From a virus (taxonomy: Duplodnaviria > Caudoviricetes), in IMG/VR virus record IMGVR_UViG_3300032234_000149, positions 1 to 25,354 of that record: a stretch of 25,354 bases of DNA. One strand, given 5' to 3'. Numbering within the stretch: position 1 is the first letter of the stretch; every line of letters begins with the position of its first letter. Positions 8,384 to 18,300 of this stretch are shown here, one piece after another. The notes under the pieces are model-generated. The model had not been told where the DNA came from and made no database searches. It worked only from the letters and a program-made list of their open reading frames with translations. Position numbers and translations under genes: made by a program.

Positions 8384-9057
8384 TAGTTAACTCCTACTGT
8401 TGCATTTGCAATCCAAGTATACCCTACTTTTTTGCCAACCTGGCGACCACCCTTGGCCCCTGCTGCAACGTTCTTTTTGTATAGAACTGGTTTTGAAATA
8501 TAATCAAATAGCCCAGAAGATTTTAAAAATGCTTGGGTAAAATAGGAGCTAAAGAATGAGTCAAACACTCTTTCGTAAGCACCCTCTACTGCAGTACCAC
8601 CAGGATTACTAATTGTAATTGGCTTAGAAACAAAGATGGTCTCTCCACCTTCTTCAAATACCAAAGCCTTTCTTTTTGGTGAAATAGTGACTGGTATTCC
8701 TTGTTCCATAATTCTTGCTTTGTCATAAAATGGCTCAGTGCTATTTTCAGATACTGTAGTTGATTGTCTAAATGAAGACTTAACAGATAGTCCTGCATTG
8801 CTTACGGTATATTGTAAATCAAACAATCTAGCTGCTGGTGAACCAGTCTGATACCACTCATAAACATGGTGCATTGCATACTGATCTCCCCTGGCCATTG
8901 CGTCTATGTACTGTCCAAGTGCCTCAATAGTTCCTTCACCCAAGTTATCTAGCATCACTCTTTTGCCTGCTTGAGCTCCTTCAAGAAAACCAAAAGAATA
9001 GTTTACAACGTTTATCAAGCTTTTTTCAAGGGATGCTGAATTAAGATTGACCTTCAT
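8383..9057 (-). CDS. Putative neck / tail completion protein (HK97 gp10-like position), 224 aa
   Basis: Synteny, plus ARIMEQG..VTISPKRKALVF, which resembles the 'E.G....I.P..KAL.F' pattern of this class. Confidence 0.5.
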   Translation of the reverse strand: MKVNLNSASLEKSLINVVNYSFGFLEGAQAGKRVMLDNLGEGTIEALGQYIDAMARGDQYAMHHVYEWYQTGSPAARLFDLQYTVSNAGLSVKSSFRQSTTVSENSTEPFYDKARIMEQGIPVTISPKRKALVFEEGGETIFVSKPITISNPGGTAVEGAYERVFDSFFSSYFTQAFLKSSGLFDYISKPVLYKKNVAAGAKGGRQVGKKVGYTWIANATVGVN

Positions 9058-9509
9058 TAGTCTCCCACCGCCTGAGACTCAGTTCTTCTCCAAAGCATCT
9101 TGTAATATTCAATATTGTTGAATGGTCCAGTAAATGGCTCTAGGGTTGCCACCTCGTAGATAGTACCTTTGTTAGCTCTTGGGCCAGCTGTTTCTTTGTA
9201 AACCATTTGACCATGAGAAAGCCTAATATTACTAATTAAGATATTGGTTACTGCCTCTTGTGCTAGGTTAGATCTTATTCTTATGTCTGCCCTGCTTCTT
9301 ACGACAAGCTTATCTTCATACTGCAAAAACATATCTGGCTTAATCTGCTCAGAGCCTGCTCCACCTACTGGGGTTGCATTACAAGAGATTGTGCGATCAA
9401 ACACCCATTCTTTTTTAATTTCTCCAAAAGGACCTTGCGTGATTATTGGGTAATAAACATCTGCAAGCATTGGATAAACAAAGTCTGTAGTGTCATCGCA
9501 GCAGCTCAT
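9057..9509 (-). CDS. Putative head-to-tail stopper (head closure protein), 150 aa
   Basis: Follows the adaptor, is beta-rich (G.FGE..KEW...RTI.C; IYEV..LEP) and is TAATG-coupled on both sides. Confidence 0.55.
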   Translation of the reverse strand: MSCCDDTTDFVYPMLADVYYPIITQGPFGEIKKEWVFDRTISCNATPVGGAGSEQIKPDMFLQYEDKLVVRSRADIRIRSNLAQEAVTNILISNIRLSHGQMVYKETAGPRANKGTIYEVATLEPFTGPFNNIEYYKMLWRRTESQAVGD

Positions 9510-10480
9510 TATAGCATTCCTGGCTTCTTTACGTCTGTGATGTATTTGTCTAGAATCTTGTCAACTAGGATGTTGCCTGTTCCAGAAAGGGCAGAGGCAT
9601 CAATCTTAATTTTAAACTGGTCTGTTGAATAGTCTGTAACATATCTCTTAAAGTATTCTAGCTTGCCACAAGAAAGATCATTGATCAACATTTTGGTGGC
9701 ATCCTGAATGTCATAAGGTACTACTCTGTGTCCTGTTTCTAACAGGATTAGGTAGTCTGTTCCTTGTGGAAACAATACCCCAGATTTTAGGGCAATTGTG
9801 TTTCCACTGTCAGAAGTATCAAACATGCTGATAGAATCTGAAGATGCCATGTTTAGTCCTACAGGCATAGACTCTGCACGATTAAAATCAGTAATTACAT
9901 AGGCTGGATCTTTGGTGATTGCAGTCTTGTCTTTAGTAATTACATAGTTCCATTCACCCAAAGCTGGAACTTCTAGCGATGCATCATAAACTAGCTCTGC
10001 ATTTTCGTAGGCCTTTAAGATCTTGTAAGATTTTTCCCAGAGAGGAATGTAATCAGTACCCTGACCAACTGTTTCAAGCCACTTGGTTTTAAAGTAAAAA
10101 CCACCAGTAATTGCATCAATGATTGCTCTTGCAAGTCCTTCATGGTCTTTTGCTGCAGCTATGTCTGAAGCAGTTTGTCCAAGTGTATTTGGATCTACAT
10201 ATGGTCTTTCTATTGTTAAATTATCTTCCCCAACAATTTCATCACCAAGTGTAATCTCTAGGTGATAAACATCGTCATACTTTCTAAAATCGTAAGGAGT
10301 GTCATCTTCGCCATAGACACCTGTCCAGCCAATTGATAAGACACCAGCGTTATTTGAAGCAACAGTGTCTTCAAAGACTATGTCGTAGTCAGAGTCTTCA
10401 ATCTTTAGATTGTATTGGGTTGATGGCTCTAGCGTGTAGCTAATAAAGTCGTCATATGGGGCCTGTCTAAGTACATTCAT
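9509..10480 (-). CDS. Putative head-to-tail adaptor with an N-terminal beta-rich extension, 323 aa
   Basis: ARAIIDAITG and the C-terminal VPYDIQDATKMLIND...VDKILDKY resemble gp6/gp15-type adaptors; located downstream of the capsid gene. Confidence 0.65.
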   Translation of the reverse strand: MNVLRQAPYDDFISYTLEPSTQYNLKIEDSDYDIVFEDTVASNNAGVLSIGWTGVYGEDDTPYDFRKYDDVYHLEITLGDEIVGEDNLTIERPYVDPNTLGQTASDIAAAKDHEGLARAIIDAITGGFYFKTKWLETVGQGTDYIPLWEKSYKILKAYENAELVYDASLEVPALGEWNYVITKDKTAITKDPAYVITDFNRAESMPVGLNMASSDSISMFDTSDSGNTIALKSGVLFPQGTDYLILLETGHRVVPYDIQDATKMLINDLSCGKLEYFKRYVTDYSTDQFKIKIDASALSGTGNILVDKILDKYITDVKKPGML

Positions 10481-10686
10481 TATTTACTCCTAGTGTAAGC
10501 TTTGGCTACCTCTTCTGGCGTTGCCATACGGACTGCCTCATGAGTTACCCAGAAATCTGATGCTTCTTTGGTTACAATGTTGTACCCAATCTTAAGCTCT
10601 CCAAGACCATATTTAAATAAGTTCTTGTTAGAGTGTACGGCAACTTTTTCAACAGCTTTCTTGCTATTAGAAACTAGTTCAGCCAT
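10480..10686 (-). CDS. Hypothetical virion-module protein, 68 aa
   Basis: SD GGAG, preceded by a promoter motif, and its stop overlaps the next start. Confidence 0.75.
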   Translation of the reverse strand: MAELVSNSKKAVEKVAVHSNKNLFKYGLGELKIGYNIVTKEASDFWVTHEAVRMATPEEVAKAYTRSK

Positions 10687-10703
10687 AATATTCTCCAGTT
10701 TTA

Positions 10704-10712
10704 ATTATATCA
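10704..10712 (-). promoter_or_regulatory. Extended -10 promoter TGATATAAT
   Basis: Immediately downstream of the capsid terminator. Confidence 0.7.
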
Positions 10713-10721
10713 GAATATAAC

Positions 10722-10750
10722 AAAAGAGGGCAGACTTTCGTCTGCCCCCT
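10722..10750 (-). terminator. Intrinsic terminator after the major capsid gene
   Basis: Minus strand AGGGGGCAGAC-GAAA-GTCTGCCCTCT-TTT: a GC-rich stem, a GNRA loop and a U-tract. Confidence 0.9.
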
Positions 10751-10766
10751 AATGTTTTAATCAGTT

Positions 10767-11906
10767 TTAGGAATCTGACTCAGCATCTGCATAAGCAACT
10801 GCGTCAAGCTCTTCCCACTGAAGGCCAAAGCGAACGAATACGGTGTACTCAATCGTGTCCTTCTTTGGAACATACTGACGGTTTACGGTAATGTCTCTCT
10901 GGAATCCCCATACACGGTTCTGTGGGAATGTTAGGTCAACATAACCAGCAGGGTAGTAAGGAACTTCCTGAACTTCAATACCTAGAACACGTGTTGTACG
11001 TGCTCCACCGAAGGTCTGTGCCTGGCCGTCAAGGTATGCCTGACGGTTGCGCTCAGTGCCTGGACCACGGTCTACGAAAGCCTCAGCAATTGCGTCAGCT
11101 AGTGTACCGTTGTTCTTTACGATGCCCTGGAAAGCGTCTGTACCAGCGTAGAACTTAAGGTTGTTCTTAAGTGCACGGTACTTACGTGGCATTGCAAGAA
11201 TAATGTTCTGCATTACGTCTGTAGTCCATGCGTTGTCTGCTACTGTTACGAGAGCCTCGTGTGCATCTCCATCTGTGGTGGCCTTGTGAACAAAGCCCTC
11301 CATGATTGAAAGAAATGCGCCAGTTGTACCGTCACCGTTAATTGCTAGATCCTCAATGTCATTCGCAAAAGCGTTTGTCATTAGACGAACTAGGTGATCC
11401 TCAAGAGCACCACCTTCAATATTGTCTTCTAGTGCCTCAGTTGATACTTCCCAGTCTAGACGAATCTTCTTGGTAGTAAGCTCAACCTTGGTAAAGGTAG
11501 CACCTGCGTTTACGAAAGCTGGGTCAGCCTGTGCAGCAGCACGGATAACACGCTCTCCTACGTTAACCTTCTCAAGCTCAATGGTGTTTGCTCTCATTGT
11601 GACTCTGCGTCCATCCTTTGCAAGGACTGTACCGTCCCAAACATAGTCAATGAAGCGACGAGCCTGCTCTGGAGCAAGGATACCACCAGGAGTTCCTGTT
11701 GGATTAACTGCGTTTGGTCCATTGGTTACTCCCCAGTTTGGTGTAGCGATGTTTCCAAGGCTAGCTGCTGGAGATAGGTTTCCACCTGGGCCAGTTGCGG
11801 TTGCGTCACCAACAGCACCAGATGCAAATGATCCGTCACCGTTGATTTCTGCCTTACCCTGGTTTTCTGCACCTGGGTAATTCTTAATTAGTTCTTTTTC
11901 CGACAT
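10767..11906 (-). CDS. Major capsid protein (HK97 fold), 379 aa
   Basis: Contains GGILAPEQARRFID, ELTTKKIRLDWEVSTEALEDNIEG, FANDIEDLAINGD and DTIEYTVFVRFG. It follows the protease/scaffold gene. I moved the start to ATG 11906, which follows the SD AGGAGGTGA. Confidence 0.95.
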   Translation of the reverse strand: MSEKELIKNYPGAENQGKAEINGDGSFASGAVGDATATGPGGNLSPAASLGNIATPNWGVTNGPNAVNPTGTPGGILAPEQARRFIDYVWDGTVLAKDGRRVTMRANTIELEKVNVGERVIRAAAQADPAFVNAGATFTKVELTTKKIRLDWEVSTEALEDNIEGGALEDHLVRLMTNAFANDIEDLAINGDGTTGAFLSIMEGFVHKATTDGDAHEALVTVADNAWTTDVMQNIILAMPRKYRALKNNLKFYAGTDAFQGIVKNNGTLADAIAEAFVDRGPGTERNRQAYLDGQAQTFGGARTTRVLGIEVQEVPYYPAGYVDLTFPQNRVWGFQRDITVNRQYVPKKDTIEYTVFVRFGLQWEELDAVAYADAESDS

Positions 11907-11927
11907 ATATTTCACCTCCTAGTGATT

Positions 11928-12545
11928 TTAGTTAAATAAGTCGTTATTAGTGAGGAAACGACCTCCCCATAGGGATTTTTGAACCTTAACTTCAGGTTCC
12001 TGTACGATCTCGCCAAGATCGCCAGACTTGCGGAAAGCAGTGTCAGCAGCAACTGCGTCAATTCTCTTTCCAAATTCATCAAACACGTCTCTGCTTGCAG
12101 TTACGTCGTTCTTAACTGCTTCAATAGACTTGCTTAGTTCTGAAATCTGTGCAGCCTGAGCTTTTACAATTTCAGATAGATCGCTAAAGGCTTTTGTAAC
12201 GGTAGCTGTTAGGTCTGCAACTGCAGTCTCAACAACATCGTTTGACTTAGCTACCTCAGCATCATCAGCTTTCTTGTCCTTTGAGTCCATTGACTTAGAC
12301 TTGTTCATTTCGTCCTCGTCATCTTCCTCATCGTCCATAGAATCCATTGACTTGGACTTGTTCATCTCGTCCTCGTCCTTCATCTTCTTGTCTTTCATAT
12401 CTTCGTCGTAAGACTTTTCTACGTCGACATCAGCTGCTTCTACTGAGGTGTCAGCCTCTGGAGCGACCTGTGCTTCTTCAACAGCAGCCTCTGCTGCTAC
12501 AGCTTCTGCTGCAACCTCAACTGCCTCGTTTGTTGTTTCATCCAT
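11928..12545 (-). CDS. Putative nested in-frame scaffold protein, 205 aa
   Basis: AAGGAGGT-AAGTCCT-ATG, in frame at codon 254 of the protease gene, at the start of the acidic region. Confidence 0.65.
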   Translation of the reverse strand: MDETTNEAVEVAAEAVAAEAAVEEAQVAPEADTSVEAADVDVEKSYDEDMKDKKMKDEDEMNKSKSMDSMDDEEDDEDEMNKSKSMDSKDKKADDAEVAKSNDVVETAVADLTATVTKAFSDLSEIVKAQAAQISELSKSIEAVKNDVTASRDVFDEFGKRIDAVAADTAFRKSGDLGEIVQEPEVKVQKSLWGGRFLTNNDLFN

Positions 12546-13304
12546 AGGACTTACCTCCTTGTTAATCTCAATTGTATTAATGCCTTTAGCACTATCAACT
12601 AAGAACTTTACTATGTCAGAATTGTCTGAATCTGCTTTCTCAACAAATCCAATATTCTGCATCTCTTTACCAGACTTTGGACTCAACGCTGAGTCTGAAT
12701 CTGATAACAAAACAATGTCGTTCTCTGAATCCCAGAAAACATTTTCAATCTCTGTCTTTGCAAGGTAGCCATCAACAGTTGTTTCTCCATTTACTTTCTC
12801 AATAGAAAAAATATTTGCAAACTGGTTTGCAGGGTTGTCTACCAGAGATAGTTCGTGAAGTTCATACTCTTTGATAATGCGGACTGCTTTGTCCATGTTT
12901 TCGTTGTACTGGTCGTCATACTTCTTGATGTTACCACCAATAGAAAAACCTGAGTAAGTTCCATCTAGAACTTTTTCCCAGGCATCCTGTGCACCCTTAG
13001 ATACATAAGCAGAAACATAAACACCAGAATAAAACTTCTTTGTCTGTGTGTCAAAGTAGCGATCCTCTTTAAAAGATACTACCTTTCCTACTGCAGAAGG
13101 CTGGTGCATTTCACGTAGGTTACCACGGAAGTTTTTGAATGCTGTTAGGCTAGCAGCAGTATCTACTACATCGCCCTGCTTGTCTACGTTGTCAAGGGTA
13201 GCAAAACCAGAAACCATTCTGCGCTCTTTATCAACCTTGCCAATAGGCATTGATAGACGGACGTTGTCGCCTTCAGTCACCCAGTGAGCTTTGTTAATAT
13301 TCAT
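11928..13304 (-). CDS. Prohead (capsid maturation) protease fused to scaffold domain, 458 aa
   Basis: HK97-type protease motifs VSGFATLDNVDKQGD, REMH, GFSIGG and ELSLVDNPAN, followed by an acidic low-complexity and coiled-coil C-terminal half. Confidence 0.92.
   Translation of the reverse strand: MNINKAHWVTEGDNVRLSMPIGKVDKERRMVSGFATLDNVDKQGDVVDTAASLTAFKNFRGNLREMHQPSAVGKVVSFKEDRYFDTQTKKFYSGVYVSAYVSKGAQDAWEKVLDGTYSGFSIGGNIKKYDDQYNENMDKAVRIIKEYELHELSLVDNPANQFANIFSIEKVNGETTVDGYLAKTEIENVFWDSENDIVLLSDSDSALSPKSGKEMQNIGFVEKADSDNSDIVKFLVDSAKGINTIEINKEVSPMDETTNEAVEVAAEAVAAEAAVEEAQVAPEADTSVEAADVDVEKSYDEDMKDKKMKDEDEMNKSKSMDSMDDEEDDEDEMNKSKSMDSKDKKADDAEVAKSNDVVETAVADLTATVTKAFSDLSEIVKAQAAQISELSKSIEAVKNDVTASRDVFDEFGKRIDAVAADTAFRKSGDLGEIVQEPEVKVQKSLWGGRFLTNNDLFN
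12286..12377. repeat. 35-bp direct repeat (2 copies, 57-bp period) encoding DEDEMNKSKSMD
   Basis: 12286-12320 and 12343-12377 differ at 2 synonymous positions. Confidence 0.9.
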
Positions 13305-13313
13305 ATCCCTTTA

Positions 13314-13322
13314 ATTATAGCA
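13314..13322 (-). promoter_or_regulatory. Extended -10 promoter TGCTATAAT
   Basis: Ends 9 nt upstream of the protease ATG. Confidence 0.7.
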
Positions 13323-13351
13323 AATATTTTATCAGTTTTATAACTTTTTAT

Positions 13352-13360
13352 AGTATATCA
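13352..13360 (-). promoter_or_regulatory. Second extended -10 (TGATATACT) upstream of the protease gene
   Basis: Matches the recurring motif and lies just after the portal stop. Confidence 0.45.
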
Positions 13361-13362
13361 CA

Positions 13363-14991
13363 CTATTGGCTTGATCTGCCTTCACCCTGGGCATTTCTGC
13401 CAGAAATTGTAGCTGGGCTGTCAGAAGAGCTGTTCGTTCTTTCTGCATCACGTTCTCTGGTCTGTCTTGTGTTTGCGGCTGCGTCTGCTGCCTGTCTTGG
13501 GTTTAGCTCCATTGGCTGATCGCCATCTTTGCGCTGTGGAAGATCTAGCAGTTCACGAGCTTCGTTAGGAACCATAATCTTGTTACGAACATAACGCTCT
13601 AGAATCTGGGACTGTGCAATCTCATCTGTAAGAGTTAGCTCATTGAACCTTAGCTCTAGGATGTCTGTCTTTTCCTTGATGATCTTATTGACCATCTTTT
13701 CTAGATGCTCCTGTGCTGGTCTAGCTACCTGCTCCTTGAACGTACGGTCCTGAGAAAGAGCTGCTGCAATACCTGTTCCTGAACCACCAAGCTTTGAGAT
13801 TGGAACCTGGTGTGCAATTAGAATGTCGTCTCTATTTTGCTTACGATACTCTTTGAATGATCCATCCTGAATACCGTTTTCAATTGGCTCCATGTTAAAC
13901 TCAACTTTGTTGCCATCTGAATCTCCAGGTAGAGGAATGTAAAGTGTTCTGTGTGACTGAGACTTTAGACCAGTCTGCAAGAAACGGAACATCTTGTCTT
14001 CTGCATCAGCAGATAGCTTTGCACCTTTAAGAGTAATAATATAGCGTGGCACTGCTTTGTTCTGGAAGTAATCAATGTTGTACTGTGCAGCAAGTGAGTC
14101 TCCAACAAGAGAGCTTACAGCAGAAAGAATGTCAGGAATGCCGTAGAAAGTATTAAGAGGAGAGTAAGACTTGTAGTGAATAATTTCATTTGGTCTTGGG
14201 TCTCCTGTTACTGGGTTTGCGTTGTTTGCCCCAAAATTTCTAAAGTAAACAACTTTGTTTCCAATAATCTGAAGGTACCCATCACGAAGTCTGCGAACAC
14301 GAATTGTTGTTGCTGGTACGTGACCAACATAACCAATCTGCCCTAGTGCAGTTCTTCCAATTTCTAGATAACCATTTCCAGTTGACTCGTAGTCAATCAA
14401 AACCTTTTTCATTGTAGTAGTAAAAGAATCATCGTCGTTCAAAGATTCTAGCCAGTCACCTAGCTCAATCTTCATTCTTTCAATTCTCTTACGAGCCTTC
14501 TCAACTGCTGAGCTATCTTCTCTTGACTCAAGGCTTAGAGCAGTGCGATCAGTTACGTGGAATGAATATCCTAGACCAACAATGTTTGCAACCTTTGCAT
14601 CAATAGCTGCGTGGTTTGCAAATGAAGAGTCGTAGTAGTTTGCCAATTCATACATGTTGTATGGTGGGGTAATGACATCAAAAAGACCGTAGCCGTTTCT
14701 GTAAACAGAGCCAGGATTAATCTGCTTGCTTTCAGTTCCATCAATACCTGTTGGTCGTGACGAAGCAGAGGTCAGGTATTGCTCTGAAGCAGGGTTTGCG
14801 TTGTTTGGTGTTGCATAGTCATACTGCGCCTTGATGAGTCTTTCAGTTCTACGCTTAAAGTTTTTCTCTAATCCAGCATAGCCCTTTAGCTCATCCCAGC
14901 TTTTATTAAATGGGTCTTGTCCCTTAAACTGGTTTGCAGGCTCTTCTTGGGTATTTAGTGATGCCCCAATGTAGTATTCGTTGTCGCTCAT
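13363..14991 (-). CDS. Portal protein, 542 aa
   Basis: Motifs DYESTGNGYLEI, NEIIHYKSYSPLNTFYGIP, YNIDYFQNKAVPRYII, DILIAHQVP and IMVPNEARELLDLP match HK97/PBSX-type portals. Confidence 0.95.
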   Translation of the reverse strand: MSDNEYYIGASLNTQEEPANQFKGQDPFNKSWDELKGYAGLEKNFKRRTERLIKAQYDYATPNNANPASEQYLTSASSRPTGIDGTESKQINPGSVYRNGYGLFDVITPPYNMYELANYYDSSFANHAAIDAKVANIVGLGYSFHVTDRTALSLESREDSSAVEKARKRIERMKIELGDWLESLNDDDSFTTTMKKVLIDYESTGNGYLEIGRTALGQIGYVGHVPATTIRVRRLRDGYLQIIGNKVVYFRNFGANNANPVTGDPRPNEIIHYKSYSPLNTFYGIPDILSAVSSLVGDSLAAQYNIDYFQNKAVPRYIITLKGAKLSADAEDKMFRFLQTGLKSQSHRTLYIPLPGDSDGNKVEFNMEPIENGIQDGSFKEYRKQNRDDILIAHQVPISKLGGSGTGIAAALSQDRTFKEQVARPAQEHLEKMVNKIIKEKTDILELRFNELTLTDEIAQSQILERYVRNKIMVPNEARELLDLPQRKDGDQPMELNPRQAADAAANTRQTRERDAERTNSSSDSPATISGRNAQGEGRSSQ

Positions 14992-15374
14992 TAGTCAGCT
15001 TCCAATGCTTCTTGTCCGTATGTGTCTAGAGTCTTTTGAGCATCCTGCCAAGCACCTAGGTCATTCATGGATGGGATGTAACCCTGCTTCATGCGGTCTA
15101 CTTGTTCTGAGTATGTCTCGTCAGATACCCTGGTCAATCCAGGAACAAACTTGACTTCTCCGTCTCCTGAATCACCGTAATACTTAGCTGCAGAAAAAAG
15201 CTCTGCAATCTTTGAAAGATCACCCTTCATTGAGGGAATATTTAGGACGTTTCCTTCGCCATCTGTGAAGTACTTTCCATTTGCTTTTTTGTATACGTAC
15301 AGGCCCCAGTCAACATCTGTCTCTATAACCTGTCTACGAACGTTACCAACTTTTGATAAAATGTCATTTTCCAT
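14991..15374 (-). CDS. Hypothetical protein coupled to portal, 127 aa
   Basis: Its stop overlaps the portal start (TAATG). The ATG at 15374 is preferred over 15380 because the -10 element ends at 15382. Confidence 0.75.
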   Translation of the reverse strand: MENDILSKVGNVRRQVIETDVDWGLYVYKKANGKYFTDGEGNVLNIPSMKGDLSKIAELFSAAKYYGDSGDGEVKFVPGLTRVSDETYSEQVDRMKQGYIPSMNDLGAWQDAQKTLDTYGQEALEAD

Positions 15375-15381
15375 AACCATT

Positions 15382-15390
15382 AGTATACCA
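15382..15390 (-). promoter_or_regulatory. Extended -10 TGGTATACT, probably giving a leaderless mRNA
   Basis: 7 nt upstream of ATG 15374, with no SD. Confidence 0.6.
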
Positions 15391-15392
15391 TA

Positions 15393-18300
15393 TTATACTG
15401 GAACCTTCAAGCGCTCAGACCAAGAAATATCCTTAAAAACCCTAATTCTGTCTGGGTCAATCAAAATTCCTCTAGATTCATCATCAAGTACGATTCTGTT
15501 AGAACCAGTGTACTTCTCATAAATCGCCTTTGGATCAATGGTGAATACTCTGCTTTCACTAATAACCTTAACCTGCTGCCACCTGTAAGGAGGAGTGCTG
15601 CCATCCAAAACCTCAAGGTCTGTCTGTAGGTCTTCCCACTTTCCAGAAGTTGCAGTGCCTCCAGAGATATAGGCACCTGTGGCAGTGCTAGCAATTGTAA
15701 AGTTGTTTCCTGTGGCTGATGTAACTACAGCATTTGTGACGTTAAACTGATCTGGAATTACGCCAGATATGGTTACAACCTCACCCTCAATAAAGGTGTT
15801 TGTGGTTGTGTAAGTAACTTCTGTTCCTGTTGAGGAAACTGCAGTAACTCCACCAATGTGAATGCTTAGCATGTCTGACCAGCTTCTTGTCTGTAGAGTC
15901 TCGTTCTTTTCAATGTTTGTAGCTAGGTTGTAAGATATGTTGTTGTAAGTCAATGGCCCATTAAGACTAATTCTTCCAGTCCTAGAACTAAAGTCTAGTA
16001 GGTCTGAGAATTCAAGTCCTAGGACTGCCCACTCTTCTTGGACTAGGAATGGTGCGTAGACTGATTGACCATTTAGGTAGTAGCCAATATCATCAAGAAC
16101 TTCTGTAGTTTCTCTGTTTACCCCAAAAATGTATCCACGCTTACCACTTGAGTCAGCCTGAATAAAGAAGTCGTATGTTCCATCATTGTGTTCAATTGAA
16201 AATACCATGATTGGATCTTCTGGGAAATCTCTTTCAGCAAATCGTATCCACATCTGAATAGAACTTACTTCAGTTTTTTCTGCGGCAGGAAGATTAATAG
16301 GAATAGCAATTCCACGATCAATTAGAGAACTGAACTCTCCTCGTATCTTCCAGCCACTGTGCCTGTCTAGGTATAGATAAGGTGTGCTCTTTTTGTAAGT
16401 AGCAATTGGGTTCTTTGCCTTGAGATCGTAGTACAAACCATTCTTTGTGTAATAGTAAACTGGAATACCAAATCGTGAGCCAACAGGAGTAAAATCAGTT
16501 CTTTCAAGAACCTGAGAAGCTAGCTGTAGCTCCTTGAATCTAACTGGGTGGTGCAAGATTCCATCTGACTTAAAGTCTAAGTGGTACACGATTGCATAGT
16601 CTTCAAAGTTTATGCGATTATTGGTTGAGTATGTAGCAGTTGGTGGATAGATAATTGTTCCACTTGTTACCTCAAAAGCTGCCTGCTGCCAGTCTAGGTC
16701 AAAACCTGCTGGGTCAATAATTCCAGAAGTAAGTGGTTTTGCAAATACTTCAAAGTCTGCCAAGTTTCTGTTTGCACCATCCTTGACTCTTTGGAAAGAA
16801 ATATAGCTGCGAAGAACGCTGTCTCCTGTGTCATAAAAGTTTGTTCTAACAGAATTCTGAGACATCTGCTCATAGTTTTCCCAGCCAGTGTAAAACTCAT
16901 TATTAAGATCTTCGTATGTAAGAATTACAGGGATTGAGTATTCAATCTGTAGGTCAGAGTATGTCCACTGAGATGTCTGTAGACTAGCTGCTGATTTTGG
17001 TGGCTGTGGAAAATCTTGGTTAAACTGAATAGAATCTAGCTCATAATTAAACTCTTCGTCATAGTCAACAATGGCTTTGCTAAAGTATGATAGTGGCATG
17101 TAGTCTTCCCAATACCCTGCGACTGCGATGTCTGGGAATGCAAGGTCATATTTTGTAATAGAAGTTAGCGTATAGTTGGCGGTATGTTTAAATAAAATAT
17201 TTGCACTGTCAGTTACAGTCCCCCCAGAAATATAGTCAGCGTCTGCTGTATTTGAGATAGTAAAAGTGTCATCTGTTATTCTTGTAACTATTTGATTCTC
17301 AAGGTCAAACTCATCTTCAGGATCAGAAACAATTCCTGAAATGTTTAGCTTATCGCCTATTAGGTAGTTGTGATTCTCTGAAGTTGTAAAGGTAACTTCG
17401 TTATCTTCAAATACTGCATCAGTAATTGTGTATTGAATATTTGGCAAGACAATGCCATTATCGTCGTACATCCAAGAAGTTTTTCTGCTGTTATAGGCTG
17501 CGTCAAATCCTACCCTATAAATCTTTCCATCAAACTTATCTGTTCCATCTCCAGCTACATACATGTCCAGAGAAGACTGATCTGTAAAGAATCTGTTTAT
17601 CTCAGAGTCTTGCGACTGAGAAAGTTTTTGAATATCTAAACCAACAGCAAACTTTTCGTTAGGAATAATAGTCTTAGTTGCTACAGTGTAGGATGTGCCA
17701 TCAAAGTTTGTTTTATAGCTTACAGTAGATTGGTCTATAGAAATTAAGATGTAGTTGTTGTTTAGCTTGTTTGTTATTTTAAGTAGTGGCTTGTCTTCTT
17801 CTGTACCGTCAGTTTTAAACACACCATAAACTGTTTGCACTGGCTCATTAAGAATTGCAAAGTTTTCAAAGTATATATAATCTGTTTGTGATTCCCAGCC
17901 TGTACCTGGTGATAGGGTTATATAGTTTTCACCAATAAGGCGGTCTGGCTCTTGTCCCAACAGTGGAGTAAAGTTTGCAGCATACAGCTCTTCTACGGTC
18001 TTGTTGCCAAGCCTAAAGTCTGGGAGAGCATAATCTGGCAAAGATAAAGATCTGCTTTCAGCGTTTACGTTGCTAAAAAATGCCTGCTTCCAGTTTGCAA
18101 AATCAGGGTAGTTATAGTTAGCTGCATAATTAGCAAAAGCATAATCGTTAAAAGCTGTAATAGAGTTAATGGAAGAGTTTGTCTGTTCTGGAGATGCCAC
18201 TGCCTGACCCCATACCCAACGTCTTTTGGCAACGTCTGTTGGCATTGAGTAAGAGTAGATAGAGAATGTATCTATGTCAATTGGATCTACATCTTCGTAA

